Below, one piece after another: positions 1 through 9,558 of a DNA stretch of 64,000 nucleotides; the first letter of the stretch is position 1; each line of letters starts with the position of its first letter. Under the pieces are notes generated by a model that was given only the letters and a program-made list of their open reading frames with translations, was not told the origin of the DNA and ran no database searches. The position numbers were made by a program, and so were the translations under genes. Origin of the DNA: Deltaproteobacteria bacterium (GTDB lineage: Bacteria; Desulfobacterota; Binatia; UBA12015); the NCBI GenBank assembly GCA_046583355.1, contig JAYGCM010000034.1, forward strand, positions 1 through 64,000, read 5' to 3'.

Positions 1-1404
1 CAACTCCAGCACCGGCCCCTCGCCCACGCGCAGAGCTGCCACCAGCGGCCCTGCCCCGTTCGGCACGAGCAGCGTCGGATAGCGCGCCGGCAAGCGCAGC
101 GGCCGTGCGTGGCGGTCGATGCCCCAAGAGGTGCGCGACTCCCCCATAATCAGCGCAATCCAGACCACGGCAGCCACGCCCGTCGCGCGTGTCTTCGCGC
201 CACTGAAGCGCAGCAGGGCGGCGAAGCTCAGCCCACTGGCTACGGCCAAACCAATCAGAGCTACCACGCCGAGCCGATGCGGCGCGCGAATCACCGCATA
301 AGCGGAAAACCAATCGCCCAGCAGCGCATGCGGCAGGCGAACGATGCCGTCGCCCAGACGCGCAAAGGGCGTAAGCGAGATCAGCATACCCAGACCGATC
401 CAGAGCAAGGCCTGGCGCCAAGCGGCACGCTCCAAGGCCGGCAGCCGCGAGCGCACGGCAACCAGCCCTCCCACCACCATGAGCCCGAGCGCGAGCAGCG
501 GCACCCCGGAGGGGGAGCGTGCGTCGAGCGGTCCCCAAGGGAGCCGTGTCAATTGCATTGTCCCCTTCCAGGTACTTTGTGCTGCGATCTCGGGATGATC
601 CAGGCGCAGCAGGAGGTAGGGAAGAAACGCCAGCACCAGCGGCACGGCAGCGACCAGCAGCGCTCCAGCAAGACGCCCGGCCTCCGCCCGCGTCTGCTGG
701 CGCAGCCCGCGCCAGAGCACCAGCCAGCCAAGCAATAGATAACTTGCCACTGCCAGGTAAACGCTGGTGAGCCCCTGCAAGGCGATCAACGCTGCCAGAA
801 GAAGCATACGCCGGCGGGTCTCGATTCCCAGCACAAGCAGCAGGAAGATCCAGGGAAGGTATCCGATAAGGGCGTAATTGGCCGCACAGGGTGCCCATTG
901 CCAGAGCAGCCAACGCGAGCCCAGAAGTGTGGCGACGCTGACGACACCCGCACCGTGCCGCCCCGTGGTTGCGAAGACGACGAGATAGATACCGGCCGCC
1001 GCAGAGGCGACGGCGAATAGGAAGGTGAGGTTCAGAGCCAGCGTCGGGTTGCCGGTGGCCGCGAATACGGGAAGGAAAAAGGGCAAGGCACCGAACGCGG
1101 CCTCGCCGAAGAGAATCGGGCTGCTGGCAGGATAAAAGGCGCCGCCCTCGAAGAGGCGCATGGGAGCCGCGAGGAGCGCATCGCTTTGGTGGGCCAGCGC
1201 CCAGCCGATGAGTTGGCTATCAAAGCCGCAGGCCTTTGCCGTCAAGGGCAATTCCGTGCCGAGAAGGCGCGCGAGCGGCCAGGTAAGAAAAACGACGACC
1301 ACCGTGCAGGCAGCCAAGACCGCAAGCGCAAGGCCGGGACCAACCTCTCCGGCCGGCGACAGGCGCCGGGCCGGGTCGCGGTGGCCGGGCGCGCCGGAGT
1401 TCAT
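1..1404 (-). CDS. Polytopic membrane protein, GT-C/YfhO-like glycosyltransferase (partial, runs off window)
   Basis: Not in ORF track because it has no stop in the window. Manual translation from ATG 1404 (ATGA overlap with the GT2 stop): MNSGAPGHRDPARR...VFLTWPLARLL...FDSQLIGWALAHQSDALLAAPMRLFEGGAFYPASSPILFGE...ATGNPTLALN. Many hydrophobic segments; same N-terminal pattern as 2272..4455. Confidence 0.75.
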   Translation of the reverse strand, partial: MNSGAPGHRDPARRLSPAGEVGPGLALAVLAACTVVVVFLTWPLARLLGTELPLTAKACGFDSQLIGWALAHQSDALLAAPMRLFEGGAFYPASSPILFGEAAFGALPFFLPVFAATGNPTLALNLTFLFAVASAAAGIYLVVFATTGRHGAGVVSVATLLGSRWLLWQWAPCAANYALIGYLPWIFLLLVLGIETRRRMLLLAALIALQGLTSVYLAVASYLLLGWLVLWRGLRQQTRAEAGRLAGALLVAAVPLVLAFLPYLLLRLDHPEIAAQSTWKGTMQLTRLPWGPLDARSPSGVPLLALGLMVVGGLVAVRSRLPALERAAWRQALLWIGLGMLISLTPFARLGDGIVRLPHALLGDWFSAYAVIRAPHRLGVVALIGLAVASGLSFAALLRFSGAKTRATGVAAVVWIALIMGESRTSWGIDRHARPLRLPARYPTLLVPNGAGPLVAALRVGEGPVLEL

Positions 1405-2156
1405 TCTCCCGGTTCCGGAAAGAGCTTCGAGCGCCGCCAGCCAAGCTTGGCAAGGCGGAAAGCCAACGCCGTACCAAGGCAGCCGAAGCCGTAGCGCACA
1501 CTGCGTGAGAAGCTGATTGACGAGGCGTCGGTGGCGTAGCGTGTCGGGCAACTGACCTCGGCGACCATTTCGTCTATCCAGAGAATCTGCGCGATCATCT
1601 GGTTGTCGAACACGAAATCATCCGAGTTTAGCTCCAGCGGCAAGCGGCGCAGCAGGTCGGCGGAAAAAGCGCGGTAGCCCGTATGGTACTCCGAGAGCTG
1701 TGCCATCATCAGGATATTTTCGGCCAGGGTAAGGAAGCGGTTGGCAAGAAAGCGCCACCAGGGCATGCCGCCGCGCAAGGCGTAGCCACCCAGAATACGC
1801 GACGCGAGCACGCAGGGGTAGAGGCCGTTGCCGATCAGCGAGGCCATCGCCGGGATCAGTTTGGGTGTATATTGGTAGTCCGGGTGGACCATGATGACGA
1901 TATCGGCCCCCTGCTCGAGGGCCAGCCGGTAGCAACTCTTCTGGTTGCCACCGTAGCCACGGTTTTCATCGTGGCGATGTACCAGTGTCTGCGGCAGCGA
2001 GCGCGCGAGGTCTACGGTCTCGTCACCGCTGCAATCATCGACCACGATGACGAGGTCGACAACGCCCTGCGCCATGACCTCGTGGTAGGTTTTCTCAAGT
2101 GTGCCTGCGGCATTATACGCGGGCATCACGACGACGACTTTCAGATCCTTGAAAAT
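1401..2156 (-). CDS. GT2 glycosyltransferase, polyprenol-phosphate glycosyltransferase (DPM1-like)
   Basis: VVVVMPAYNAA, VDDCSGD, NRGYGGNQK, MVHPDYQY, EYHTGYRAF motifs. Start probably ATT at 2156 (AAGGAG 7 nt upstream); the ORF track extends it to 2228. Confidence 0.9.
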   Translation of the reverse strand: MFKDLKVVVVMPAYNAAGTLEKTYHEVMAQGVVDLVIVVDDCSGDETVDLARSLPQTLVHRHDENRGYGGNQKSCYRLALEQGADIVIMVHPDYQYTPKLIPAMASLIGNGLYPCVLASRILGGYALRGGMPWWRFLANRFLTLAENILMMAQLSEYHTGYRAFSADLLRRLPLELNSDDFVFDNQMIAQILWIDEMVAEVSCPTRYATDASSISFSRSVRYGFGCLGTALAFRLAKLGWRRSKLFPEPGE

Positions 2157-2271
2157 GGGGGTACTCCTTGCTCTGCCATTGGCGTAGCCAGGCCGCACGA
2201 ATAGACATCGAAAGGGCCGCCGGTGCAAGCGGTGTTTCCCCGAAAGCGCGGATTAGGCTACCTCGAAAGCC

Positions 2272-4455
2272 TTGCAGAACCCGTGGCTATCTTTCTGCGG
2301 CTGGGCAGGCCTTTTCCTCTTGCTCGCCGGGCCCATCCTGAGCACGTTTCCGACCAGCCTGGCGATCTTCCCGAACACCAACGATGCCCAGCTGATCGTC
2401 TGGATTCTGGATTGGGTTTGGTACGCGCTGACGCAGGCACCCGCCCTGCTCTACGACGCCCCGATCGGCCACCCCGCCCCCGCGCAACTGACGGGATCGG
2501 ATTGGTTCTTCTCGGCCCAATTGACCTTCGGGCCGCTGCTCAGTCTGACCGGCAATCCTCTTCTGGCCGCCAATGCGAGCGCTTGGCTCACCTACCCGCT
2601 GGCAGCCTTCTGCATGGAGCGCCTGCTGCGGCGCATGGGCACCGAACCACTGGCCGCGCTCGTGGGCGGGCTCTTCTTCGCGCTGGCCTCGCGGCGCGTG
2701 CCCTTCAATATTCATATCCTGCAAAATGCGAATTTCCTTTTCCCCCTTGTCGGGCTCGCGCTCCTGGCATTGCGCCGGCGGGCCGACCTGATGCACGCCC
2801 TGCTTGCGGCCGCAGCCTTTATGCTGGCGATTCTGAGCGCGCTCTACGGCGCCTTCTTCAGCGCGGCGGTCGGCGCCGCCTTCCTGCTCTTTGCCCTGGC
2901 CGCCCCCGCCTCCGGACGCGGCCGCTTTGTCGGCTGGGCGCTGGTGGCCGCAGGACTCGCCGCCGTGGTCAGCCTCGGCGCACTCCACCCCTGGCTGGGA
3001 CGGGCCGGCGCGGAAGCCAGGCCGCTGGTCGTCGCCGAGTTCTCGCCCGGTAGTTTCTGGCTCTCCTTTCTGGGAGCGACCAAACGCGACGCCGCTGGCC
3101 CGGCCAGTTGGTTGCCGCTGCTGGCGATTCTCCCCGCTTGCGGGGCCGCCTTTTGCGGTCGCGAAGCTCGCCGATTGTTGATTCTGGGATTGTCCCTATG
3201 GGGCTTCGGTGCGTTTCTCGCACCGGGCTTCCCCGCGAGCCTGGAAGGCTGGCTACAGAGGACGCCGCTCGCCTTCATTGCCTACCCGCTGCGCTTCCAG
3301 GTTGTCGCCGATATCGGCCGTGCGATTATTCTGGCCGGTGGCTTGAGCGCGTTGCAGCGCACCGCGTGGCCTCGATGGATCAGCGGATTGGCGCTAGTCG
3401 CGGCCGCGGCCGTCGTATTGCTCACTCGCGGCATGCTCTTCTCGGCCGGAACCGTGGCGATCCCACCCGCACTTGCCGCCAGCCAGTTACTCTATGAGAA
3501 GGTCGCTGCCATTACCGCTCCTACAGGCGGCGCCTTGCTGGAGTTGCCGCTGCGGATTCCGCTCGGCAACCGCGGCGACGAGAGCCATGCGACCGCGCCC
3601 GATGCCATGCTCGGCCAGATGCGCCATCGTCGCCCGCTGCTCAACGCCTACACCGGCTACCATGCGCCGCAGCGCCGCTTCTTGCTGGATGCCATCGGGC
3701 GCCTGCCCTCTGCGGTGGCAATTGACGATATTCTGCGCGCGACGGGAGTGCGCTGGGTGCTGATCCGCCCTTTGCCGGATTGGCGTCTGAACCAGCCACC
3801 GCGAGCCGTCGTGCGGGCCGCGCTGGTCGACTCCCCACGAGCATTGGGCGCCCATGAACTCGACGGCTGGACGCTGGTCGAACTCGGCGCCGCGCCGCAA
3901 GGTTCCGATTGGGCCGATGCGATCCGCATGGGTGCGGGAGGTGGCGGGCAGACCGCCCTCGGTGCCTCTATTGCGGACCTGCAAGACGGCGCAAGCACGG
4001 GCCGGGTGAGCGCCACCTGGTTGCCCGAGGCACCGCCCGCGAGCCCCGCTTTCGTGCGCATCCTCGTGGCGGTGGAAAACCGCGGTTCCGCCACCTGGCC
4101 CGCGTCGATTGCGCCAGAGCGTGCCGTCATGCTCGATATGGGCACCGCAAGGCTGCGCGGGCTCTACCAGGCAGGCTTGCTCCAACGTCCGACGCCCTTT
4201 CCCGTCGAGGGCGAGGTCGTCGTCACGGCGCGCTGGCGCTCACGTAGGCCTGGCGCCGAAGCGTTGGCTCCGTTGGTCGTGCCGATCCCGCGCGACGTGC
4301 CAGGCCACGAGAGCGTCGATTTCTGGACACTCCTCTGGCAGCCCAAGCGGCCGGGTCGCTACGACCTCGAATTACGTCTCGCGCAGATCCGCGCGGGTGC
4401 GCCTATCGACCTTGGCTTCGAGCCTTTCTCGCAGCTGGTGCACATCGGTCGCTGA
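2272..4455 (+). CDS. Polytopic membrane protein, GT-C/YfhO-like, with C-terminal Ig-like domain
   Basis: 727 aa with many TM segments; DAQLIVWILDW...LYDAPIGHP...LTGSD N-terminal motif; LLNAYTGY loop; C-terminal VAVENRGSATWP...PKRPGRYDLELRL beta-sandwich-like segment. Confidence 0.75.
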   Translation: MQNPWLSFCGWAGLFLLLAGPILSTFPTSLAIFPNTNDAQLIVWILDWVWYALTQAPALLYDAPIGHPAPAQLTGSDWFFSAQLTFGPLLSLTGNPLLAANASAWLTYPLAAFCMERLLRRMGTEPLAALVGGLFFALASRRVPFNIHILQNANFLFPLVGLALLALRRRADLMHALLAAAAFMLAILSALYGAFFSAAVGAAFLLFALAAPASGRGRFVGWALVAAGLAAVVSLGALHPWLGRAGAEARPLVVAEFSPGSFWLSFLGATKRDAAGPASWLPLLAILPACGAAFCGREARRLLILGLSLWGFGAFLAPGFPASLEGWLQRTPLAFIAYPLRFQVVADIGRAIILAGGLSALQRTAWPRWISGLALVAAAAVVLLTRGMLFSAGTVAIPPALAASQLLYEKVAAITAPTGGALLELPLRIPLGNRGDESHATAPDAMLGQMRHRRPLLNAYTGYHAPQRRFLLDAIGRLPSAVAIDDILRATGVRWVLIRPLPDWRLNQPPRAVVRAALVDSPRALGAHELDGWTLVELGAAPQGSDWADAIRMGAGGGGQTALGASIADLQDGASTGRVSATWLPEAPPASPAFVRILVAVENRGSATWPASIAPERAVMLDMGTARLRGLYQAGLLQRPTPFPVEGEVVVTARWRSRRPGAEALAPLVVPIPRDVPGHESVDFWTLLWQPKRPGRYDLELRLAQIRAGAPIDLGFEPFSQLVHIGR

Positions 4456-4487
4456 GCGCAGTGGCGACTCAGCCGGCGCTATCGGCT

Positions 4488-4691
4488 TCAGCCAGCGAGG
4501 CGTTCGGGGCGCAAACGGCCGTATTCGGTCAAAGCGGTCGCGGCGCGCTCCGCCCGATCGACCGTCTGGACGGCCTCTGCCCAGGCCGGGTCGGCTTGGA
4601 TGGCCGGGCTCTCGATGGTGGCGAAAAGTTCGCGGGCGCGGCGAATGGCTGCCAGGGCCTCGTCGGCAATTTCGATTGGCTTGGTGCTCAT
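4488..4691 (-). CDS. Small helical hypothetical protein (67 aa)
   Basis: MSTKPIEIADEALAAIRRARELF...; AAGGA upstream; directly follows the LLM gene on the same strand. Confidence 0.55.
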   Translation of the reverse strand: MSTKPIEIADEALAAIRRARELFATIESPAIQADPAWAEAVQTVDRAERAATALTEYGRLRPERLAG

Positions 4692-4707
4692 GGTCGTGGT
4701 TTCCTTC

Positions 4708-5580
4708 TCAGCCGCGGAACCGTGCGATGATATCGTTCGCGAAGGTCTCGATCGGTTTGAGCTTCTCTTCATAGGGGATATCGCTGCCGCGATAGAAGTC
4801 CCGAAATCCGATGATGACATCGGTGATTCCCTTATCTTCAAGCCGCTTCAATCCGTCAACGCTATAGGCGTCCATGGAGATGATATGGAGCTCGAAAGGC
4901 TCGTTCTCTCGGTCGTATTCGCGGCGCAATTCCTGTAGCCGCGCGAGGTAGGTATCGAGTTCGGCCGGATCGCCGCCGGCATGCATCCATCCGTCGCCGA
5001 GCCGCGCCGCACGGCGCAGCGCCGCATCCGAATGCCCGCCGATCAGAATGGGAACGGGCTGGCTTGGCACGGGGCAGAGTTTGATACTCGGCAGGTCGTA
5101 GAATTCGCCTTTGTAGGAAAAATACTCGCCGCTTTGCAGCCCGCGCAGGATCTCGATCATTTCGTTCATCCGCTTGCCACGCCGTTTCCACGGCTGGTTG
5201 CAGACCTCGAAATCCTCCGGCCAGGGACTGACGCCCACGCCGAACGCGAAGCGGTTGCCGCTCAGGCAGGCAACCGAGGTCATCTGCTTGGCTACCAGCA
5301 CGGGTTCGCGAATCGGCAGTTTGACGACAAAGGTCGCAAAGCGCAGCTTTTCCGTGACGGCCGCCATGGCCGGGATCAGAGAGAAGGGCTCAATGAAGGG
5401 CTTGCCCTCCAGGAACTCACGGCTCCCGTCAGGCGTATAGGGGTATTTCGTGTCGGAGAATTCCGGGTAGCAAATGCTGTCCGGAATCACGGTGCCATCC
5501 CAGCCCGCGGCCTCGGCCGCCTTGGCCAGGGGCAGGTAATGGGCTGGGTTGCCCATCGCCTCGGTATAGGAGATCCGCAT
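4708..5580 (-). CDS. LLM-class (probably F420-dependent) oxidoreductase
   Basis: AKAAEAAGWD, EPFSLIPAMAAVTEKLRF, SGNRFAFGVG, PILIGGHSDAALRRAARLGDGW luciferase-like motifs. Confidence 0.9.
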   Translation of the reverse strand: MRISYTEAMGNPAHYLPLAKAAEAAGWDGTVIPDSICYPEFSDTKYPYTPDGSREFLEGKPFIEPFSLIPAMAAVTEKLRFATFVVKLPIREPVLVAKQMTSVACLSGNRFAFGVGVSPWPEDFEVCNQPWKRRGKRMNEMIEILRGLQSGEYFSYKGEFYDLPSIKLCPVPSQPVPILIGGHSDAALRRAARLGDGWMHAGGDPAELDTYLARLQELRREYDRENEPFELHIISMDAYSVDGLKRLEDKGITDVIIGFRDFYRGSDIPYEEKLKPIETFANDIIARFRG

Positions 5581-5597
5581 GGCCTACCCCTTCTGTA

Positions 5598-6563
5598 TCA
5601 ATGAGCGAGTTTCGATCGGGTCGACCAGAAGAGCACCACCGGCGCCGCGATGAAAATCGAAGAATAGGTGCCGGTGATGAAGCCGACCAGGAGCGTGAAG
5701 GCGAAAGGCTCAAGCCCTTTGCCGCCCAGGAAGAGCAGCGCCAGCAGCACGAAGAGCGCGGTGCCGGTAGTCAGCAGAGTCCGCGAAAGCGTATCGTTGA
5801 TGCTGCGGTTGATGACCTGGGCCAGTGGTGTCTTCGGCGTCCGTTTGAGGTTCTCGCGCACGCGGTCGGACACGATGATCGTATCGTGGACCGAGAAGCC
5901 GATCACCGTCAGCAATCCGGCCAGCGTGGTCAAGTCAAAGGTATATTGGGTGAGCATCAACGCGCCTGTAGTAATGAGCACGTCGTGAATCAGCGCGATC
6001 ACCGCACCGAGGCCGAAGCTCGGCTCGAAACGGAAGGTGATGTAGATGCCCATGAAGAGCGTCGCCACGAAGACCGCGAGGAAGCCTTGGCGGCGCAGGT
6101 TGGCGCCAACCTTGGGCCCCACACTCGCGACGCTGAGAATCTCGAAGCCGCCGGCATGCACGGTATCGGCAAAAAGAGTCGTCAGAGTGGACGAGATCGA
6201 GCTCATTTCCTCGCCTTCGGCGATCTCGAAGCGCAGCAGGAACTCACGCCCTTGTTCGCCGAAATCCTGAACCGTCAGGTCGCGCAGATCCAACGCGGCC
6301 AGCTCGCCGCGGAGCGCATTGGCCGAGGTCTGCTGTGCGAAGCGTACGCGGATGGCCGTGCCACCCGTGAAGTCGACGCCGTAATTCAGTGGCTGAACGA
6401 AGAAAAGCAGAATGGCAAGCAAATTCAGGACTGTCGAGCCGATGAGAAAAATCTTGCGCTTGCCGACGAAATCGATATTCAGGTCGGCCGGCAGCAATGT
6501 GCGGAAATTGAGTTGGTCGGCGCTGCGTGGCCCGCCCCCTCGTGTCGTCTGTGAATCAGCCAT
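5598..6563 (-). CDS. secF: Protein translocase subunit SecF
   Basis: LNYGVDFTGG, SVGPKVG, ALIHDV, IGFSVHDTIIVSDRVREN, SRTLLT, GTYSSIFIA. Start placed at MADSQ. Confidence 0.95.
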   Translation of the reverse strand: MADSQTTRGGGPRSADQLNFRTLLPADLNIDFVGKRKIFLIGSTVLNLLAILLFFVQPLNYGVDFTGGTAIRVRFAQQTSANALRGELAALDLRDLTVQDFGEQGREFLLRFEIAEGEEMSSISSTLTTLFADTVHAGGFEILSVASVGPKVGANLRRQGFLAVFVATLFMGIYITFRFEPSFGLGAVIALIHDVLITTGALMLTQYTFDLTTLAGLLTVIGFSVHDTIIVSDRVRENLKRTPKTPLAQVINRSINDTLSRTLLTTGTALFVLLALLFLGGKGLEPFAFTLLVGFITGTYSSIFIAAPVVLFWSTRSKLAH

Positions 6564-6627
6564 GCATCCCCCTAATCGCCCCTCAAATAGCAACGACCCC
6601 ACAGGCCCACAACTGCGGGCCAGCCAG

Positions 6628-7230
6628 CTACATTTCGAGGCGGCCCTCGAGAGCTTTGGTCAGCGTCATGGAGTCGGTATATTCGACGTCGCCGCCCATC
6701 GGCAGGCCGCGCGCAATGCGCGTGACGCGCACGCCCAAAGGCTTGATCTGGCGCGCGATCCATAGCGCCGTTGCCTCGCCCTCGGGGCTCGGATTGGTCG
6801 CGATGATGACCTCACGCAGGGTACCGCTGCGCGCCCGCTCCAGCAGTTCCTTGCAACGCAGATGCTCGGGGCCCACGCCTTCGAGCGGCGACAAGGCGCC
6901 GCCCAGGACATGGTAGAGGCCGCGGTATTCGCGCGCGCGCTCGAAGGCCATCATATCGGCTGGCTCTTCGACCACGCAGACCTCATGCGGCAGTCGGCGC
7001 GGGTCGGCGCAGACCCGGCAAGGGTCGTCTTCGGTCAGACCGAAGCAGACCGAGCAGAAGCGGCTCTGCTCTTTCATATCGAGCAGCGCCGCGGCAAGGC
7101 TTGCGGCATAGCCATGCTCCTCGCGTAGGACGAAGAAGGCGAGCCGCAGAGCGGTTTTTTCCCCAACTCCAGGTAGCTTCTTCAATTCCTCGACCACGCG
7201 CTGCATCGAGGGGGTAAGGCTGGAAGACAT
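6628..7230 (-). CDS. recR: Recombination mediator RecR
   Basis: LPGVGEKTALRLA HhH, C4 zinc finger, YHVLGGALSP, EGEATA, RIARGLPMGG Toprim. Confidence 0.97.
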   Translation of the reverse strand: MSSSLTPSMQRVVEELKKLPGVGEKTALRLAFFVLREEHGYAASLAAALLDMKEQSRFCSVCFGLTEDDPCRVCADPRRLPHEVCVVEEPADMMAFERAREYRGLYHVLGGALSPLEGVGPEHLRCKELLERARSGTLREVIIATNPSPEGEATALWIARQIKPLGVRVTRIARGLPMGGDVEYTDSMTLTKALEGRLEM

Positions 7231-7241
7231 GGCGCCTGCTC

Positions 7242-7598
7242 TTAGCCGAGTCCGGGGATCGGCAGGCCGCCGGTAATCTGGGACATCTCGTCGGCCATCA
7301 TCTTCTGTGCGCGGCGGATACCATCGTTGACTGCGGCGGTTACAAGGTCCTGCAGCATTTCGCGGTCATTATCGGCGTAGACGGCCTCTTCTATTTCGAT
7401 GCGGCGGACCTCGAGTTTGCCCGTGACCTCGACGCGCACCATGCCGCCGCCGGCGCTTCCGTGTGCGGTCTGCGAGCCGACTCGCTCCTGCAGCGATTGC
7501 AGGCGGTCCTGCATTTCCTTGGCTTGTTGGAGAATATTCCCCATGCCGCCCAGGGCTCCGAGGTCGAATGGTTTTTCCATGAGCTTGCTATTCTCCAC
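7242..7598 (-). CDS. ybaB: YbaB/EbfC nucleoid-associated protein
   Basis: GSAGGGMVRV, DREMLQDLVTAAVND; dnaX-ybaB-recR synteny. Confidence 0.95.
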   Translation of the reverse strand: MENSKLMEKPFDLGALGGMGNILQQAKEMQDRLQSLQERVGSQTAHGSAGGGMVRVEVTGKLEVRRIEIEEAVYADNDREMLQDLVTAAVNDGIRRAQKMMADEMSQITGGLPIPGLG

Positions 7599-9336
7599 GA
7601 TCTTCGCGCGGCAGAACCGCTTCGATCTTGCCGTCGAGCAGCTCCATGCTGAGCTTCACGACGGGGTCCTCGCGGGCCTCTTTCTCGAGGTTCGCGACTT
7701 TGGGTGCGGATCCGGACTCGTCGAGCACCACCGGAGCAAAGCGCAGCTTCGTGCCGAATTGGTCTTCGATGGCGGCTTCGATATCGGCACGTACGCCGGG
7801 AGCCGTGAGCGCCGTGACGGCGTCGCGGCCGGTCACGCCGATCCGCAATTCACCGTCAGTGACTTCCAACAGACGGCTATAGGAGAGCCGAAAGAAGCGC
7901 GAGGCCTTTTCCTTCTGTAGGCGATCAACCAATTCTTTCCAGCGCGGTTGTTCCGGCGCAGGCGGGCGCTCGGCCGCCGGCTCGGCAGGCCTTGGCCGGC
8001 TCGGCGCAGGGCGCGTGGCCGCGGGAGCCGCCTTCGAACTCGGCGCGGGAAGGCCCGGCTGGGCACCCGCCGTCGGGATTGCCGCTCGGGCCGCTGGCTG
8101 CTGCGGGCTGCGACTGGTCAACGCACCGCCGCCGCCGCCCACGCTACCGCCCGCACTGAGCGCCTCCAGGCGTTCGACCAGGATATCGATCGCGACCAAC
8201 TCGGGCAGCGTCGCCATCTCGACGACGGCCATCTCCAGCACCAGCCTGGGCACGGCGCTGCGCCCGATCTCCTCTTGGCCGCGCAAGAGAATCCGGAACC
8301 AGCGCTGCAGGTCGTCGGCCGAGGCGTCGGCCGCGAGTTCTTCGAGCGCCTCGATCTCGGTCTCCATCAGATCGGTGAGCGCGGCGCGACTGGCGACCTT
8401 CAGCACCGTCAGGTGGCGCAATTCTTCGAGCAATTCGACAGCGAAGCGCGTCAGATCGGCACCCTGGCCGACAATATCAGCCACGATACCGAGCGCCCGG
8501 CCGGCATCGCGCGCCTTGAGGGCGCCGATCAGTTGGCGCAACGCCTCGCGGTCGGGCAACCCGAGCGAGGCATGCACCGTGGCGGCATCGATCTCACCAT
8601 CAGCGAAGGCAAGCACCTGCTCAAGCAGAGAGGTTGCGTCGCGCAGGCTACCGCCGGACTCCCGCGCGAGGATGGCAAGCGCCGCATCGTCGGCCTTCTT
8701 GCCCTCTTTGCTCAGCATGGACTGCAGCGCGCCGATTACCTCGGTGACCGAGACGGAGCGGAAATCATAGCGCTGGCAGCGCGAAAGGATGGTCGAGGTG
8801 AGCTTCTGCGGCGCCGTAGTCGCGAGGATGAATTTCGCGTGTGGCGGCGGTTCCTCAAGGGTCTTCAGGAAGGCATCAACCGCCTGGCGCGAGAGGCCAT
8901 GCGCCTCGTCGATGATGTAGATACGGAAGCGCGCCGAGGCCGGCTGGTATTTGACGGTCTCGAGCAGTTCACGCGTCGCGTCGATGCCCGTCTGCGAAGC
9001 GGCGTCGACCTCGAAGACATCCAGCGAGCGACCTTCGGTGATCTCCACGCAATGCACGCAGACGTTGCACGGTGTCGGGGTGGGCCCGTCTATGCAATTG
9101 AGCGCCTTGGCAAGGATACGCGCCGTCGTCGTTTTGCCGACGCCGCGCATACCGCTGAAGATGAAGGCATGGCCGAGTCGCCCCTGCTCGATTGCGTTGG
9201 CCAGAGTACGAGTGACGTGCTCCTGACCAACCACCTCGGCAAAGGTCTGCGGTCGTGTGCGCCGGGCGAGCACCTCATAGGGTTCGCTGGCACCCGCTGC
9301 GCTTGGCGCGGATTTCGGCGCGGCCTCTTTAGTCAT
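7588..9336 (-). CDS. dnaX: DNA polymerase III subunit gamma/tau
   Basis: LARRTRPQTF, GMRGVGKTT Walker A, CNVCVHC, IIDEAH, LKTLEEPP, SRCQ. Confidence 0.97.
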   Translation of the reverse strand: MTKEAAPKSAPSAAGASEPYEVLARRTRPQTFAEVVGQEHVTRTLANAIEQGRLGHAFIFSGMRGVGKTTTARILAKALNCIDGPTPTPCNVCVHCVEITEGRSLDVFEVDAASQTGIDATRELLETVKYQPASARFRIYIIDEAHGLSRQAVDAFLKTLEEPPPHAKFILATTAPQKLTSTILSRCQRYDFRSVSVTEVIGALQSMLSKEGKKADDAALAILARESGGSLRDATSLLEQVLAFADGEIDAATVHASLGLPDREALRQLIGALKARDAGRALGIVADIVGQGADLTRFAVELLEELRHLTVLKVASRAALTDLMETEIEALEELAADASADDLQRWFRILLRGQEEIGRSAVPRLVLEMAVVEMATLPELVAIDILVERLEALSAGGSVGGGGGALTSRSPQQPAARAAIPTAGAQPGLPAPSSKAAPAATRPAPSRPRPAEPAAERPPAPEQPRWKELVDRLQKEKASRFFRLSYSRLLEVTDGELRIGVTGRDAVTALTAPGVRADIEAAIEDQFGTKLRFAPVVLDESGSAPKVANLEKEAREDPVVKLSMELLDGKIEAVLPREDRGE

Positions 9337-9379
9337 GCGAGCGGGGATTCCTTTTCTTCGGAAGAATTGTCGAGCACGT

Positions 9380-9489
9380 CAGTGATAGCTAGGCACCCCC
9401 GCGGCACAGAGAAAATACCGGTACCGTTGCTCCCTTCCGGGCCTGGCGGAATTCGCAGTCCTCTCTTGCGCAGGACCTAGCTATCACTG
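9380..9489 (-). ncRNA. ffs: Signal recognition particle RNA (4.5S, small type)
   Basis: Minus strand has CCGCCAGGCCCGGAAGGGAGCAACGG (helix 8 with GGAA tetraloop), enclosed by a 14-bp terminal stem CAGTGATAGCTAGG/CCTAGCTATCACTG. Classic position upstream of dnaX. Confidence 0.93.
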
Positions 9490-9558
9490 GCGCGCCCGAC
9501 TTCCAACGCAGCCAAGCCGAGGCTAGCGGCCTGGCCCGACTCGCGCAACTGATTCTGC

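Noticed and set aside
7588..9336. Programmed frameshift in dnaX producing gamma
   Set aside because: No A AAA AAG or long A run seen at the domain III-linker boundary.
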